From Octopus sinensis (lineage: Eukaryota): DNA of 64,000 nucleotides. Within the stretch, counting starts at the first letter, position 1, and every line of letters begins with the position of its first letter. The DNA lies in the NCBI RefSeq assembly GCF_006345805.1, contig NC_042998.1, positions 20,460,001 to 20,524,000 of the forward strand. Direction: 5' to 3'. The notes under the pieces were generated by a model that was given only the letters and a program-made list of their open reading frames with translations, was not told the origin of the DNA and made no database searches. This document shows, in pieces, positions 22,221 through 36,330 of this stretch. Both the position numbers and the translations under genes were made by a program.

Positions 22221-22926
22221 CAGACTTATTCGAACAATGAATCATATATTTCTTCACTAAAAATAGTAACATTACAGTTAGTCATTAGTCTATATACATA
22301 TATATATGCTTATAACGAAATAGGGCAGGGAGTGTCTTTAATAGTCTTAGTTTTACTACCAAATCTGCACCCATTTTTGACAACGTGCTGTAACGACAGC
22401 AGCTGCCCAAAAGTCAGTCACGTGACGTCACACACAGACGTCCATCACCCCCCGACTCTTTTTACATCTAGAGGAATTGAACTCTTTCGACTTGAATACT
22501 AACTAGTTGTCTATCCCCAGTTCAAATGTATAATTCACATGAAAATCACGTAGTAATATTTCTTCAATTTGAATGCGGACATTACTTCGACCCAAGAGAA
22601 TAAGGAGGGCGTAAAGAATAACATGGGAGGTGTAAAACAATTTTTCTTTCATATCCACTGGGAGGAAAAGAATTAATAATTCTTGATTCTTGGCGTTTTA
22701 TAGCAGAATAGTGTAAACATGAGAGCTGCAGTCCAGCAGATTATTTTGTGGAGAAATAAAATGTTACATTAGAGTTTTGAGAACTTAAGTGCTTGCTATA
22801 AATAATCTTAGTGGTTGCGCAGACAAAACAAGAATCATTTCCGACGTGATAAATGATATTGGCAGGCGAGAACTTGGTGTTCGATATAGAAAATATCTAG
22901 TTAAGTTAGCGTTAACTTATATAATG

Positions 22927-23238
22927 TGGAGGCGCAATGGCCCAGTGGTTAGGGCAGCGGACTCGCGGTCGTAGGATCGCGGTTTCGATTCCCAGACCGG
23001 GCATTGTGAGTGTTTATTGAGCGAAAACGCCTAAAGCTCCACGAAGCTCCGGCAAGGGGTGGTGGTGAACCCTGCTGTACTCTTTCACCACAACTTTCTC
23101 TCACTCTTTCTTCCTGTTTCTGTTGTACCTGTATATCAAAGGGCCAGTCTTGTCACACTCTGTGTCACGCTGAATCTCCTCGAGAACTACGTTAAGGGTT
23201 TACATGTCTGTGGAGTGCTCAGCCACTTGCACGTTAAT
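22927..23238 (+). mobile_element. SINE family B, 3'-truncated and joined to an unrelated module (23241-23420)
   Basis: Matches family B to cacgttaat, then diverges abruptly. Confidence 0.8.
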
Positions 23239-24039
23239 AAATGAGCTGCAACATCAATGGTGCCAAGCTGTATCCGCCCTTGCCTTTCCCTCGGATAACA
23301 TCGGTGGCGTGGAGAGGGGAGGCTGGTATGCGTGGGCAACTGCTGGTCTTCCATAAACAACCTTGCCCAGACTTGTACCTCGGAGGGTAACTTTCTTGGT
23401 GCAATTCCATGGTCACACAACTTATATAATGTAGGGGACCGTTAAAATCTAACAAGAAATATCAAATTTGTTAAATGAAACAAAGAAGCGTTTTCTGTAC
23501 ACGTTCGATAATAGAAATTATTGATGGAAGCGATTAACAAAACGACCCTGTCTTCTGTAATTCAATATTAGTCTGTTAGAGAGAAAATTATTTCAATTTA
23601 GATTATATTTCTGTTAGTTTTTATTTTTCATTTTATTGATTTTAATAATATTTCTGTGATTATTATATCAACTAATTCACTGTTTTTTTTTATTAATTAT
23701 GTGCAACATTAGTCCTCTCTCTCTCTCTCCTCTCTCCCCTCTCTCCCTCCCACTCTCTCTCTCTCCCTGTTTGCATTCACGTCATGCGTCATAACCAGTA
23801 TGTATTGATGTTTCGGTGAAAAACAAAAAATGGCATGTACGCGCTTATTAATATTTCTGTATAAAATATTTACTATGTACGTAGTTATGAACAAGATAAA
23901 CAAATATCTACATCAAACTACACACCACTCACACACACACACACACTTTCATTCACACCCTCACAAACACACACTACACACGTACACACATATTAAGAGT
24001 TATATCCAGCTGTACTACATACACACATACACCACACAA

Positions 24040-24770
<731 letters not shown>

Positions 24771-25125
24771 AAGGGTTTTGCACGCAACTACAAATATTTT
24801 CATATGCACATCTGTATGCAAGAACACTTGCATATCATGTATTTATATATTCCTTCCTAAATGTTAAGACCCGCAGACAAACAGCCGTCGTGGATTCATT
24901 TGATGCGTATATTACAAGATGGAAAGATAAGCGGGTGACGGGGTGGGGAAATATTTTGTTTCTCAATATCTAAGATATTCTTTACTGTACATTTCTCTTT
25001 ATTGACAAACCATATAATGACGTCACATTAAAGACGTATTCGAGTAAGAATGAGCATTTTATTAGTGGTAGTTCGACTCTCTCTCTCTGTCTCTGTCTCA
25101 AGCACTGTCTCTCTCTTTCTCTCTT

Positions 25126-25207
<82 letters not shown>

Positions 25208-25364
25208 GTATATATATCACTCTCTCTTTAGATCTTTGAAAGACTTTTGAAAGCTGAATACAGACGAGAAGGCATTTAGATGGAAAGAAAACTGAGCTAA
25301 ATACAGAAGAAGACAGAACTGTACACAGATAGATGTATATATGTGCGTGCATTTTTTTATTCTT

Positions 25365-25560
25365 TTACTCGTTTCAGTCATTTGACAGCGGCCATGCTGG
25401 AGCACCGCCTTTAGTCGAGCAAATTGCCCCCAGGACTTATTCTTTGTAAGCCTAGTACTTTTTCTGTCGTTTTTTTCCGAACGGCTAAGTTACGGGGACT
25501 TAAACGCACCAACGTCGGTTGTCAAGCGATGGTGGGCTGGACAAACACAGCACGCATACA
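25365..25560 (-). mobile_element. SINE family C 3' half
   Basis: ttttactcgtttcagtcatttgac.gcggccatgctggagcaccgcctttagtcgagcaa matches other copies. Confidence 0.8.
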
Positions 25561-25577
25561 TATATCATATATATATA

Positions 25578-25620
<43 letters not shown>

Positions 25621-25639
25621 AATGTATGCGTGTTTTTTC

Positions 25640-26255
25640 AAATAACACGGAAAAAAGATAAATAGTTACCAGGGTAGCAAAAGTTCACACGAGTACCAAG
25701 GATGTAACAGTCTACTTATAAAGGTAGAAACTCCAGGTTTAGGTGAAAAGTTTTTGTATAATAGAGATAAATAAATAAATGGAGTTAAACGCAGATGTTA
25801 TTCAATTTTTTTACTTCCGACATATGTTTCGAAGAAAACATTGGTATTATTCCAGAAGGAATAAAATGGTGTAAAACAATGCAATCTTCTCATCATGGAG
25901 AAAAGAAACCAAACACATCAATAAGACATTTTAACAGAATGTGATGGCTGCATATATGATGAAGGGAGCGCTAGCAAGTTTTTTTTTTAACCGTTAGTAG
26001 ACATAACGTCAAAGGTAGTTTATAGACAGAGGAGGAGCAAGGAAGAAATTAGCAGAAAACTAACAGTGGAGAGATATAGAGTGATAGGGGAATAGCGATA
26101 AAGCTATGCGTTCATATTTAGGCGTTTTCTGTATCTTTTGATAAATAAATTCTCTTTATTTAAACGTTCTTGTACAGAAATTGTTTCTTTGCACTGATAG
26201 ATGGGGAGAACTGTGAAATTTGATTGGCGATTCCCTGCACATTTGTAGATGATGG
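25640..26255 (-). mobile_element. PLE 3' end: GIY-YIG C-terminus, 3'UTR and hammerhead-like motif (25815-25900)
   Basis: KCAGNRQSNFTVLPIYQCKETISVQERLNKENLFIKRYRKRLNMNA matches the C-terminus of 26401-26937. Motif CC ATGATGA GAAGA..TCTTC GAA ACATATGT C GG. Confidence 0.7.
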
Positions 26256-26400
26256 AATTAAAAGTGACAAGAAAAGAGGCATTAAAACACCAAGGTAAAC
26301 AAAATGAAACACTACCCTTCATCTAAAAATACTACCGTATATATCAACTCACAACAAAAGAAACAATGAGGCATACAATACTATTGTATAGAATCTAACA

Positions 26401-26937
26401 ATGCACTCTAGGGATCCAAAAATGAACAACATTCTGAAAATACATAAATTCATCAAATGTAAAGAGCAACAAAAATTGCTGAAAAGACTTCTGACAAATG
26501 CAAAGCTGTACATAACAACCACGAAACCAATGGTTAGAAACTGTGGACGTCCAAACTGTGGAACATACCCCAACCTACTGGAAGGTTTAGAATTCCAATT
26601 CAAACAAAGAAAGAGGTTCGCAATTAAGACCAACTTCACTTGTGCATCCGAGAATTTAATTTATGCTATAACTTGCTCTGGTTGTGGACACAACTATATA
26701 GGACAGACAAGTATGTCACTTAGACGGAGAACCACACTACTTAAGGAACAGATCTGTTTCCCAAAGTATAGACAGATACCTTTGAGTGAACATACAGAGA
26801 GATGTGCAGGGAATTTCCAACCAAATTTCAGTTTTCCAATTTACCAATGCAAAGAAACAATTTCCGTACAAGAACGTTTAAATAAACAAAATTTATTTAT
26901 CGAAAAATACAGAACACACCTAAATATGAACGCATAA
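26401..26937 (+). CDS. GIY-YIG endonuclease domain of a 5'-truncated Penelope-like element
   Basis: CGRPNC linker, NFTCASENLIYAITCSGCGHNYIGQT..LRRR and E.LFI.KY...LN. The endonuclease is C-terminal and there is no RT upstream, so this is a truncated fragment rather than a functional gene. Confidence 0.85.
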   Translation: MHSRDPKMNNILKIHKFIKCKEQQKLLKRLLTNAKLYITTTKPMVRNCGRPNCGTYPNLLEGLEFQFKQRKRFAIKTNFTCASENLIYAITCSGCGHNYIGQTSMSLRRRTTLLKEQICFPKYRQIPLSEHTERCAGNFQPNFSFPIYQCKETISVQERLNKQNLFIEKYRTHLNMNA

Positions 26938-27193
26938 CCAACTTTGGTCTCAGTATATATTTTAATTCATGATCACATATACATCACTGTACATATTTCA
27001 TATTACTACTTTAGCCTATGAGTTTTGTATGTTGATTTCTCATCCAAAATTGAGCAATACTGTCCCGAGTATTAACTATCATCAATTACCTTCCCTTAGA
27101 TTTTTCAAATTATTGACTCATTCACAAACTTTCACATAAGAACATGGATTAAACTAAAATCTTCTTAAGGAAATATAAAATAACAATAATTTC

Positions 27194-27230
27194 AATGTTA
27201 TGATTAGCGAAAACGAAACCGGTCGACAAT
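27194..27230 (+). ncRNA. Degenerate hammerhead motif in the PLE 3'UTR
   Basis: aatgtt ATGATTA GCG.AAAAC GAA ACCGGT C gacaat. The core is mutated, while palindromic helix III and GUC are intact. Confidence 0.45.
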
Positions 27231-27312
27231 CGCAATACTTTTTCATCAAAGCATATTAAAACTATGTAAACTGTGCGCATTTTTCTTTTCCTATTATATA
27301 TATATATATATA

Positions 27313-27356
<44 letters not shown>

Positions 27357-27462
27357 ATATATATAATATATATATAATATATATACGGTGTAACATATGG
27401 TAAATTATAAACAGAGCAAATTTTAGCCAATTTCTCGCAGCATGAATAATATAATGAACAAA

Positions 27463-27503
27463 CTTAATCGATTTTTTAACCGTATTGGGCTCTCATCAGA
27501 GGC
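27463..27503 (-). ncRNA. Degenerate hammerhead-like motif
   Basis: CCT CTGATGA GAGCC-CAATAC-GGTT aaaa AATCGATT A AG: canonical 5' core and palindromic helix III, but the GAAA is lost. Confidence 0.3.
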
Positions 27504-27985
27504 GTCTACATCATTCTGACAGTCTCCAGACAAACGAGCAGCCAAACTCTTTATATGCTCCACAAATACAGCAGTTACTCTATGAAGGAGTTCCTAATTT
27601 GCATAACGAAAGTGTTTACTACTCTATAAATGCCATCGGCGTGTCAACGGGGATCTTAGTCCACATAGTATCAAGGCATGATTATGATATATATGTAACA
27701 TATATATAAATAGTTGTAAGTATGAAGTCAAGCCAAGTAGTTATATTTTGAAATCATTTAATACGTACGTTTCAGGTTTGCGTAATTTATAAGAACTGCA
27801 GCCATTACGTAAACCTTCCTCGGGGATCTCAGAAAGTTTGACTTCATCATTACAACTAATATGACTCGGTGCCAGGTCTTGATTCCACTTGAGTGGATAC
27901 ACTAACAACAATTTCGAGTTGTTTGTTATATTTGACTTCAGTCAGAAAATCCGGTACCGTGCACTGCTTCTTAACGTAACACGAA

Positions 27986-28048
<63 letters not shown>

Positions 28049-28062
28049 TAGATAGATAGAAT

Positions 28063-28112
<50 letters not shown>

Positions 28113-28114
28113 AT

Positions 28115-28204
<90 letters not shown>

Positions 28205-28208
28205 CAGA
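27986..28208. repeat. (GATA)n microsatellite
   Basis: About 55 mostly perfect units. Confidence 0.95.
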
Positions 28209-30600
28209 CAGGCATGCATATTCGTTGAGTTGCGTCCCTCTGCATCAACATATGATTAAAAACTCTCCTATAACCAAAGATTGACAAAATAAACACTGGA
28301 GATCGATATGACCAACTTGAACAACACCTTGACAGTATTGCTCCAGCATGAACCTCTAAGCCCAGTAAAAAGAAACTAATAAAAATATTTTATACAGATA
28401 CAAATAACAAACGTCACAAATTTATTGTCGAGATTAATGAGATCGCGTGATGCTCATGACTTTTGCAATGTTGTAATAGTGTAAATAAAATCGAAAAGTG
28501 CCAGGCTGGAAACTAAAGAAAATTACAGACTGCTTGTTTCCTGATGTCTTTTTTTTTATTATTATTTACCTAATTTATTGTCTATGACGCTTATGAGCTT
28601 CATATAAAATATTGCTTTAGTTATCGATTTCCTTCTCCTATTTTTTTCTCATACACTAAAAGTAGTACTAAATATACTAACCACAATATACGTTCTGAGC
28701 TCAAATACTACAGTCAACTTTTGCTTTTCATCCTTTAGGAGCTGATACAATAAAGTATCAGTCAAGTACTGGAGTTGAAGTAATCGATTAAACCCACCCC
28801 GCGAAAAGTGCGGGCCTTGTGCTAGAATTTGAAACCATTATTTTAGAGTATAGGAATTAAGCTGGCAGAATCGTTAGAGCGTCGTAAAACTGCTTTATAG
28901 TACTTCATCTGGATCTTCATGTTCTGAGTTCAAATCCTGACGTCAACTTTGCCTTTCAGCCTCTCCCACCCCGGGGTCTATGAACTAAAGTAGCACTCAA
29001 GCACTGAGGTCGGTGGCATAAACTAGTCCCATCCTTTTATAAATTGTTGGTCTTCTGTCTATATCAGAAGCTATTATATTAGAATTAATATTTTTACCGA
29101 TTTAGATTCATATGATCCAGTCGGATAGGCGTTTGTTATTGATTTCGATATAAATCTAAATTAAGAAAAACAAAATATCTAAATCATAGAGAAACACAGT
29201 AAGGATTGAAAATGATAGCAAATGTTTGCACTGAAAGCTATTTGAATGGGGAAAAAATAAAGATGGATTGAAAACTTTTTTTATTACGATGCATAAAATC
29301 AGAAAGAAAAATATGTTAAAGCCGATTTTATGGCTGAAACATCTTTCTGTTTTTTTTGTTTCTTTTCTCCAATATCTTATTTTATCAGAGAAATTATATA
29401 TAAGAGAATCACATTTAATAACACTAAACAAAACCGATTCCAGAAAAACTGGAGAGTTACCAGCAACGATCAAATAAATTATATGTAACAATAATCTATA
29501 TGTATGTATGTATGTAGTATAAGAAGATAATAAAAAAATATATAACCACAGTAACATGAAACCAGTAAGGCTTCGTTCAATCTGCACTCGATTCCATTTC
29601 TTTAAATCATCATAAAAAAATTTGACTCAGTATTAACTTATACGTTAACAAATAAAAGCAAATGGAAATGTTTCTCTCTCTCTATATATATATGATTAGT
29701 AATTTTGGATGTATTTTTCGAATAATACAAAATCTTATGCTATCAATATCAGTGGAGGAATGGTAAACTGCTATCTACTTAGATATATGAAAGATATTTG
29801 TTTCGTTTTTATATATTTGTTTCGGTTTTTAGTATAAGTGATTTTGTTTTCTGTATAATCCGAATCTTGCCCAGCTTTATGTTGAATAGACCGACGCTTA
29901 TCTAATATCCAAGTAACATCTTAGAAAAGACAGAAAACCAAACGTAAAAAGTATCAATATTTCAAAACCATAGAAAGCTTGTATTGGTATGGATAATCTA
30001 TGAAGAATTCTGCAGTTACCATCCCTAAATAAATAACAAAAACAATATTAGACATTGGGGAAATAAAAGAAAATTCTGGTTTGCTTCATTCCTTTTTTTC
30101 TCTGGACGAATAAAATAGGTTAGAAATCAGATAAGCTAACATCTGTTAAATTTTTTGTTAGTGTACACATGAAAATGGAATCTTTGTATTCTGTGAGATA
30201 CATATCATATCAGTAACATTAATAATGCGAAGAAATGAATATATTATGTAGAACAAGTTGGCTACAATCAATCATTCTTTTTTCTCTCTTTCCTTCTTTT
30301 ATTTATTTTTATTTATTTATTTTTATTTATTTTTTTTTGTCAAGGACAATTTAAAATAGCGTACAAATAATGGCAGGTAAATAGACTCGTTAGTGAAAAA
30401 TTTGGCATGGGTTCAGTGAAGATATTGATATGGAATTTGGGATTAAATGATATGACATTTTGAAGATGAAAGTATAACAGAACAAAAAAAACAGAAATGC
30501 CAGGCAGAAGTAAATAAACATATAGGAAATCTCAAACGTGGTGAAGAAGGTTCAAGTATTAAAGTGTAAATTTAAATTTGTTTAATAATATTGAATACTT

Positions 30601-31142
30601 AAAATAGAAATATTAATATTTCTAAGTCTCTCTAAAGGAGACTACGGCAGCGGTACTGGATATTAATAGTCATCGCCAAGCTAATATCGCAGTCCAGAAA
30701 TATAGGACGAATGCTGCCGTTGATTAGCTCCAAGACGCCATCGCCTCTACTAGCTATGTGACACACGAACCTGTGTTCATTATAACCTTCGAACAGGCGA
30801 GGTCAGCCACTTCCCCTTGCTGGTCAGGCATCTGCAGACTAGTTTCAGGGTATTTGCCCTTTATCAAGGCGACGTTACTGACCGTCTGTTCGAAAGATTA
30901 TTTACCAAAATTCAGTGGAATACATCCACTGGTTTCCAAGAATAGAAATATTAATATTTCTACGTCTCTCTAAAGGAGACTACGGCAGCGGTGCTGGATA
31001 TTAATAGTTATCGCCAAGCTAATATGGCAGTCCAGAAATATAGGATGAATGCTGCCATTGATTAGTTCCAAGAGGCCATTATAACCTTCGTACATTATAA
31101 CCTTCTGGACTGCCATATTAGCTTAGCGATAACTATTAATAT
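30601..31142 (-). mobile_element. PLE-like structure: two direct repeats, central hammerhead motif and short inverted tail
   Basis: ~140-bp direct repeats at 30601-30740 and 30941-31080, and an inverted copy at 31098-31142. Motif TTGATAA AGGG-CAAATA-CCCT GAA ACTAGT C at 30834-30873 on the minus strand. Confidence 0.65.
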
Positions 31143-31409
31143 ACTGAATACTTAGTCTTTCATATTGTTTATTTTATCTCTGTCATTTCAGGACCAATAA
31201 AAATACGCATTGGTCCCTCGAGGATCCTTTCTGCCGATCGTTACTCTATATTCTCAGTTGTTTCGAGAAAAATATAAAATATTAATCACATGATTTAATT
31301 ATGTAATCGGTTGCAAACCTCTCTCAGCAACATCAGTCTTGTGTCTATGTAAAACTTCACTATTTAAAGATAATAGGTTCGTCTCTTGGACAGAACTGCA
31401 GCCCTTCAA

Positions 31410-31870
31410 TCAAGAGCGAACCATGGCAGGACGAATGACACCTAATGTGTCGTCAAACGTTCACAGCCTTCTACCAATCGGAGGATGTTTCCATTATGAT
31501 CTTCCATAAAGGATTAGTGCCGAGTGGGGTTAACGAGATGAGTCCTCAGGGTAACTCTGAGCGTCGATGGAAATCACCAAGCCAAGTCTTCTTCGGAGGA
31601 TTTTAAGCCGAGGCCCAAAGATACTTCCCAGAAATCCTTGGCCTGCAAGTGCTACAGAGTGGCATTGCCGGTTAAAGATAAACTCTACACGCATGGTAAC
31701 GCAGTTAGCTACACCTGCCTGAGATGCGCGCAGAACGACGAAACCGTCCTGCACAAGCTTGTACAGGGGTCGATCACTGCTTGTGGAGTTATGTCTAACA
31801 GCTGCTATCACGCGTAGGAAACAAGCAACTATCAGTCGGGTTATCGTGAAGATCACTTCGCTAAATTCCT
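31410..31870 (+). pseudogene. Old fragment of the same Tx1-like family (ORF2 C-terminus)
   Basis: QKSLACKCYRVALPVKDKLYTHG..TCLRCAQNDETVLH versus QRSLAW*CYREALPVRDKLYRHG..TCPRCGQSDETVLH in the main element. Confidence 0.8.
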
Positions 31871-32429
31871 ATGACTTGGCAAGGTAAGCGGTTTTCTTAT
31901 GTCTGTTGGCAACAGTAAAAGAGACTGTGTGGTGGATGCAATTAAAAGGACTGAGGGCAAACACTTTGTTTTTCGGCGAGGAAATGTTTTGCACAGAACT
32001 AATCCCACTCTCTAAACTACAAAACATGAGCCAAAAAGAAGAGCAAGTTGACATCCTTGGCTGAACCAGATGGTGCCCTGTGTTCTTGAGCAAAACACCT
32101 CATCTCACGTTTCTATACGACCACTTCGACACCCTACATGTGGTACACCATGTACATGTTTAGGCAACGTCGATTTGATAGAAGGACAGACCGAATGTAC
32201 AGTGCATACATTTGGTGGCTATGAACAAACCATTCATACAGGTTTGTTCAGCAAGGAATTGCAGGACAGACTTTTTCTAGGAATACAAGAGACTGCCCTC
32301 ATATATACAGTTGATGTCGAAAGACATTTGTAGTCCGAACCGGAAGCTACAGCAACACATGGTATCTAGCATTCTACTTTTTTAGCAATTTCTGCTGCAA
32401 CTTGCCTTGAACTAATTATATATATATAT

Positions 32430-32590
32430 AAGAATTTTTTGCGTAATAAGATATAAAACCAAGGCTGTATAGATAGAAGGTATATACAGCTGTTTCTAGG
32501 ATATTAATTAATAATATCCCTTCATCGGAGACGGTGTGAGAGGAAAAATTAAGAGATAGTTAGTTTCGATGTGATACAAAATAGTGGTTT
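32430..32590 (-). mobile_element. Second copy of the CCGAUGA hammerhead-like pLTR family (motif 32481-32532)
   Basis: Reverse complement matches 18200-18325, including ctcacaccgtctccgatgaagggatatt and attacgcaaaaaattct. Confidence 0.65.
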
Positions 32591-33003
32591 GTCTATAGCA
32601 CTTATTCAGCATTACCTGATACCTTTGGGTCTCATTGACACCATTTTCTCTTATATATATATATATATATATTCTTTAAATGTGACGTTTACAAGTAATC
32701 TTGAGCAACCAAGTACGATCTGAACAACTAACGTCATAATTTATCTAAGCACATAGCGCTTATCAGAATTTAATGACCTAAAGACATTGTATATAAAAAC
32801 AACAACAACGACGACGACCAAATAAGAGCGAAACATGAAGTCTACACAGAACATACCAAAACTGAAACAACTAAATTAAAAACTAAAAAAAATAAGTACA
32901 ATGACAGAAGACTAACATGAAACGTCTGGCTAAAGGACTAACCTAAAATTGTACAAACGAAGCATTTGACAACGCACCACACACACAAAGGCACACAACT
33001 ATG

Positions 33004-33051
<48 letters not shown>

Positions 33052-33359
33052 CAACGGAATGCAAACAACACAAAGACTAGACAACAACAAACTTGTGTCT
33101 CCCAGATTAAGGAAAGCGAATATAATGATTTAACAAGTTTTCAGTTACGCCCTTATTTTCACCAGTTATCAGCATAGAGTTATTCTACTGTAAACCGATT
33201 CTAACGAAGGGCTCACGAGATCCGTGCTTTTCATTGGCTCACCTAAATATCAGACGATACGTTCAGTCAGGTTATCGTATTGACCCCACGGGCTTCCTAG
33301 TACACTGACAAGATTCTTTGATACACTCATTGTCTCCACTAGATATTCTCTTTCATATA

Positions 33360-33800
33360 TACATCTACATGCATGTATACATACATTCATGTTTGTATGC
33401 ATGTATATATAAATATATATATATATGTATATGTATATATATATGTATATATATGTATATATATATGTATATATATGTATATATATATATGTATATATAT
33501 ATATGCATATATATATGTATATATATATATGCATATATATATGCATATATACACATATATATATACATATATATATAAATACATATATATATATATATAT
33601 ATGAATACATATATACATATATATATAAATACATATATATATCCATATATATATACATATGTATATACATATATATATACATATATATATACATATATAT
33701 ATATACACACACATATATACACACATATATATATAAACTTATAAATATACATTTATTATATATATATATATATATATTAGATATATATATATATATATGC
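33360..33800. repeat. Compound TA/TATG/TACA microsatellite
   Basis: Direct inspection. Confidence 0.95.
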
Positions 33801-34137
33801 GTGTTTCGAGTTGGGTATTTGTTTTGTTCCAGCTGGGCTCTATTAACAACGTCATACAGCTCAATTAAATAAGGTTCTCTTTCACGCTATCATTGAAAAG
33901 TAAATATTGAAGAAAATAATTGTATAATTTCTTGCAATCTCATTGTTTTCTTTAGTTAAACTTTATACAGTATATTTGCATCACGGTTCGGTTTTGTGTT
34001 TTGACATTGTTTCCATTTAAATGAGCTTCGGGGGAAAGAAACGTAGAAGAAAAGATCTTTTCTTATTTGATACATCTTTGATTTGGTTCAGTGTAGTTCA
34101 TAATTTCACTGGTTACATGTGTGTGCATGGGTGTATT

Positions 34138-34138
<1 letters not shown>

Positions 34139-34229
<91 letters not shown>

Positions 34230-34247
34230 GTAGATAGATAGACAGAC

Positions 34248-34335
<88 letters not shown>
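34139..34335. repeat. (GATA)n microsatellite
   Basis: Direct inspection. Confidence 0.95.
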
Positions 34336-34336
<1 letters not shown>

Positions 34337-34501
34337 CAAAGAGAGATAGATATAGATATATACACATATATATGCGTATAAGAGAGAGATAGGGAGAGAG
34401 AGGATATACATATGTGTCAAACACATTTACACATGAACATACACACACTGCTCCAGTATGGCTGGAGTCAATAGACTGAAACAAGTAAAAGAATAAAATT
34501 G

Positions 34502-34532
<31 letters not shown>

Positions 34533-34562
34533 GGTGTGTGTGTGTGTGTATGTATGATATAT

Positions 34563-34615
<53 letters not shown>

Positions 34616-34703
34616 TATATATAAGGACACAATTATGCGCACAGCACAAATGCAGATACATATATATATACATACATACGTGTAATTATATTATATATAT
34701 TAT

Positions 34704-34755
<52 letters not shown>

Positions 34756-34852
34756 TGTTGATAGATAGACAGATATACATACATATGCAACACACACACA
34801 ATACACATAAATAGATACGTGTATATATATAATATATATGTACATAGTGTAT

Positions 34853-34901
<49 letters not shown>

Positions 34902-35063
34902 CACGCGTACTCACTCACACCAAAAACAACAAGACACACAGACATACATATATATAAATGACATACAATTATGCACGCAATGCATATACAAATACGCATA
35001 CATGTATACGTGTAGTTATATATGAATATATGCATGTATGTACACATGTATGTATACGTAATA

Positions 35064-35112
<49 letters not shown>

Positions 35113-35666
35113 TACCTTTGCTGTTTTCCTTAATGTTGTTTGTTTTTACTTTAGATAATCGGGTATTTTTTAATGGTTTGTTTACATTCAACGTAAAGAT
35201 ATACGCTTTTATATAAAAATATTAAATATTTTACGTTTAATTTCATCAAATTAGGCGAAGGAAATAAAGAGAGAATCGTTTTCTATATGGGCGGGATAAC
35301 ATATAGGTATATATATATATATATAATATATATATATATCTATATATATATATATGTATATATATACATTATGTATATGCGTGTATGCATGCACCGTACG
35401 ACAGAATAAATATAAAAATTATATCGACCACTCTACGTATAGCGATTTCTATTTTTAATATTTCTGTTCTTAATATGCTCTAACTCGGTGGACAGAGAAC
35501 AGAAATCAACTGGTCCAATTTCAATGGTATGATGTTATTGACCGAGACGAAACACAATATCGAAATATTCAACATTGTTGATCCAAGGAAAGCAGAAATT
35601 TATCGAACTAGCTACCAAGATATGTACATGAAACGGTTTTTAAGATTTACTTAAGTCCCATGTGAA

Positions 35667-36068
35667 GGCGTGCTAGAGTGGCTGTGTGGTAAGTACCTTG
35701 CTTACCAACCACATGGTTCCGGGTTCAGTCCCACTGCGTGCAACTTGGGCAAGTGCCTTCTACTATAGCCTCGGGCCGACAAAAGCCCTGTTAGTGGAGT
35801 TGGTAGACGGAAACTGAAAGAATCCCGTCGTATATATGTATATATAAGTGTATGTGTGTGTGTATATGTTTATACCCCCAACATCGCTTGACAACCGATG
35901 TTGGTGTGTTTACGTCCACGGTAACTTAGCGGTTCGGCAAAACGGCCGATAGAATAAGTACTAGGCTTCCAAAGAATAAGTCCTGGGGTCGAGTTGCTCT
36001 ACTAAAGGCGGTGTTCCAGCATGGCGACAGTCACATGACTGAAACAAGTAAAAGAGTAAAAGAGTAGA
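35667..36068 (+). mobile_element. SINE family C, full length
   Basis: tRNA-like head, internal TA/TG microsatellite and (AAAGAGT)-type tail. Confidence 0.85.
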
Positions 36069-36069
36069 G

Positions 36070-36330
36070 AGTGATTAGTATGTTGTACTCACGATCGCTA
36101 CATCATGGGTTCGATTCCCTGAGTGAGCAGCGCGTTGTGTTCTTGAGCAAAACACTTTATTTCATGTTGCTTGCCCCAGTCACACTTTCGACCGAGGTGG
36201 GGTTCAGATGTTGGTCCACTCGCCTAGCCAGCGGGGTGGCGTCATTTGAAGGCTAAAATCATGCAAAACCTCAATGTGACCAGCGATGTGCAACAGCATC
36301 TGATAGCCTGGTCGGTCACGTGATCACGTA
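36070..36330 (+). mobile_element. Further tRNA-derived SINE (family D)
   Basis: B-box gggttcgattccc, tgtgttcttgagcaaaacac shared with ~32082, and a gtcacgtgatcacg tail. Confidence 0.55.

Noticed and set aside
28300-30600. Long AT-rich unique-looking stretch as a possible host gene
   Set aside because: The short ORFs have no recognisable domains and there are no convincing splice-site pairs. Only old SINE remnants (about 28690-29060) are identifiable.
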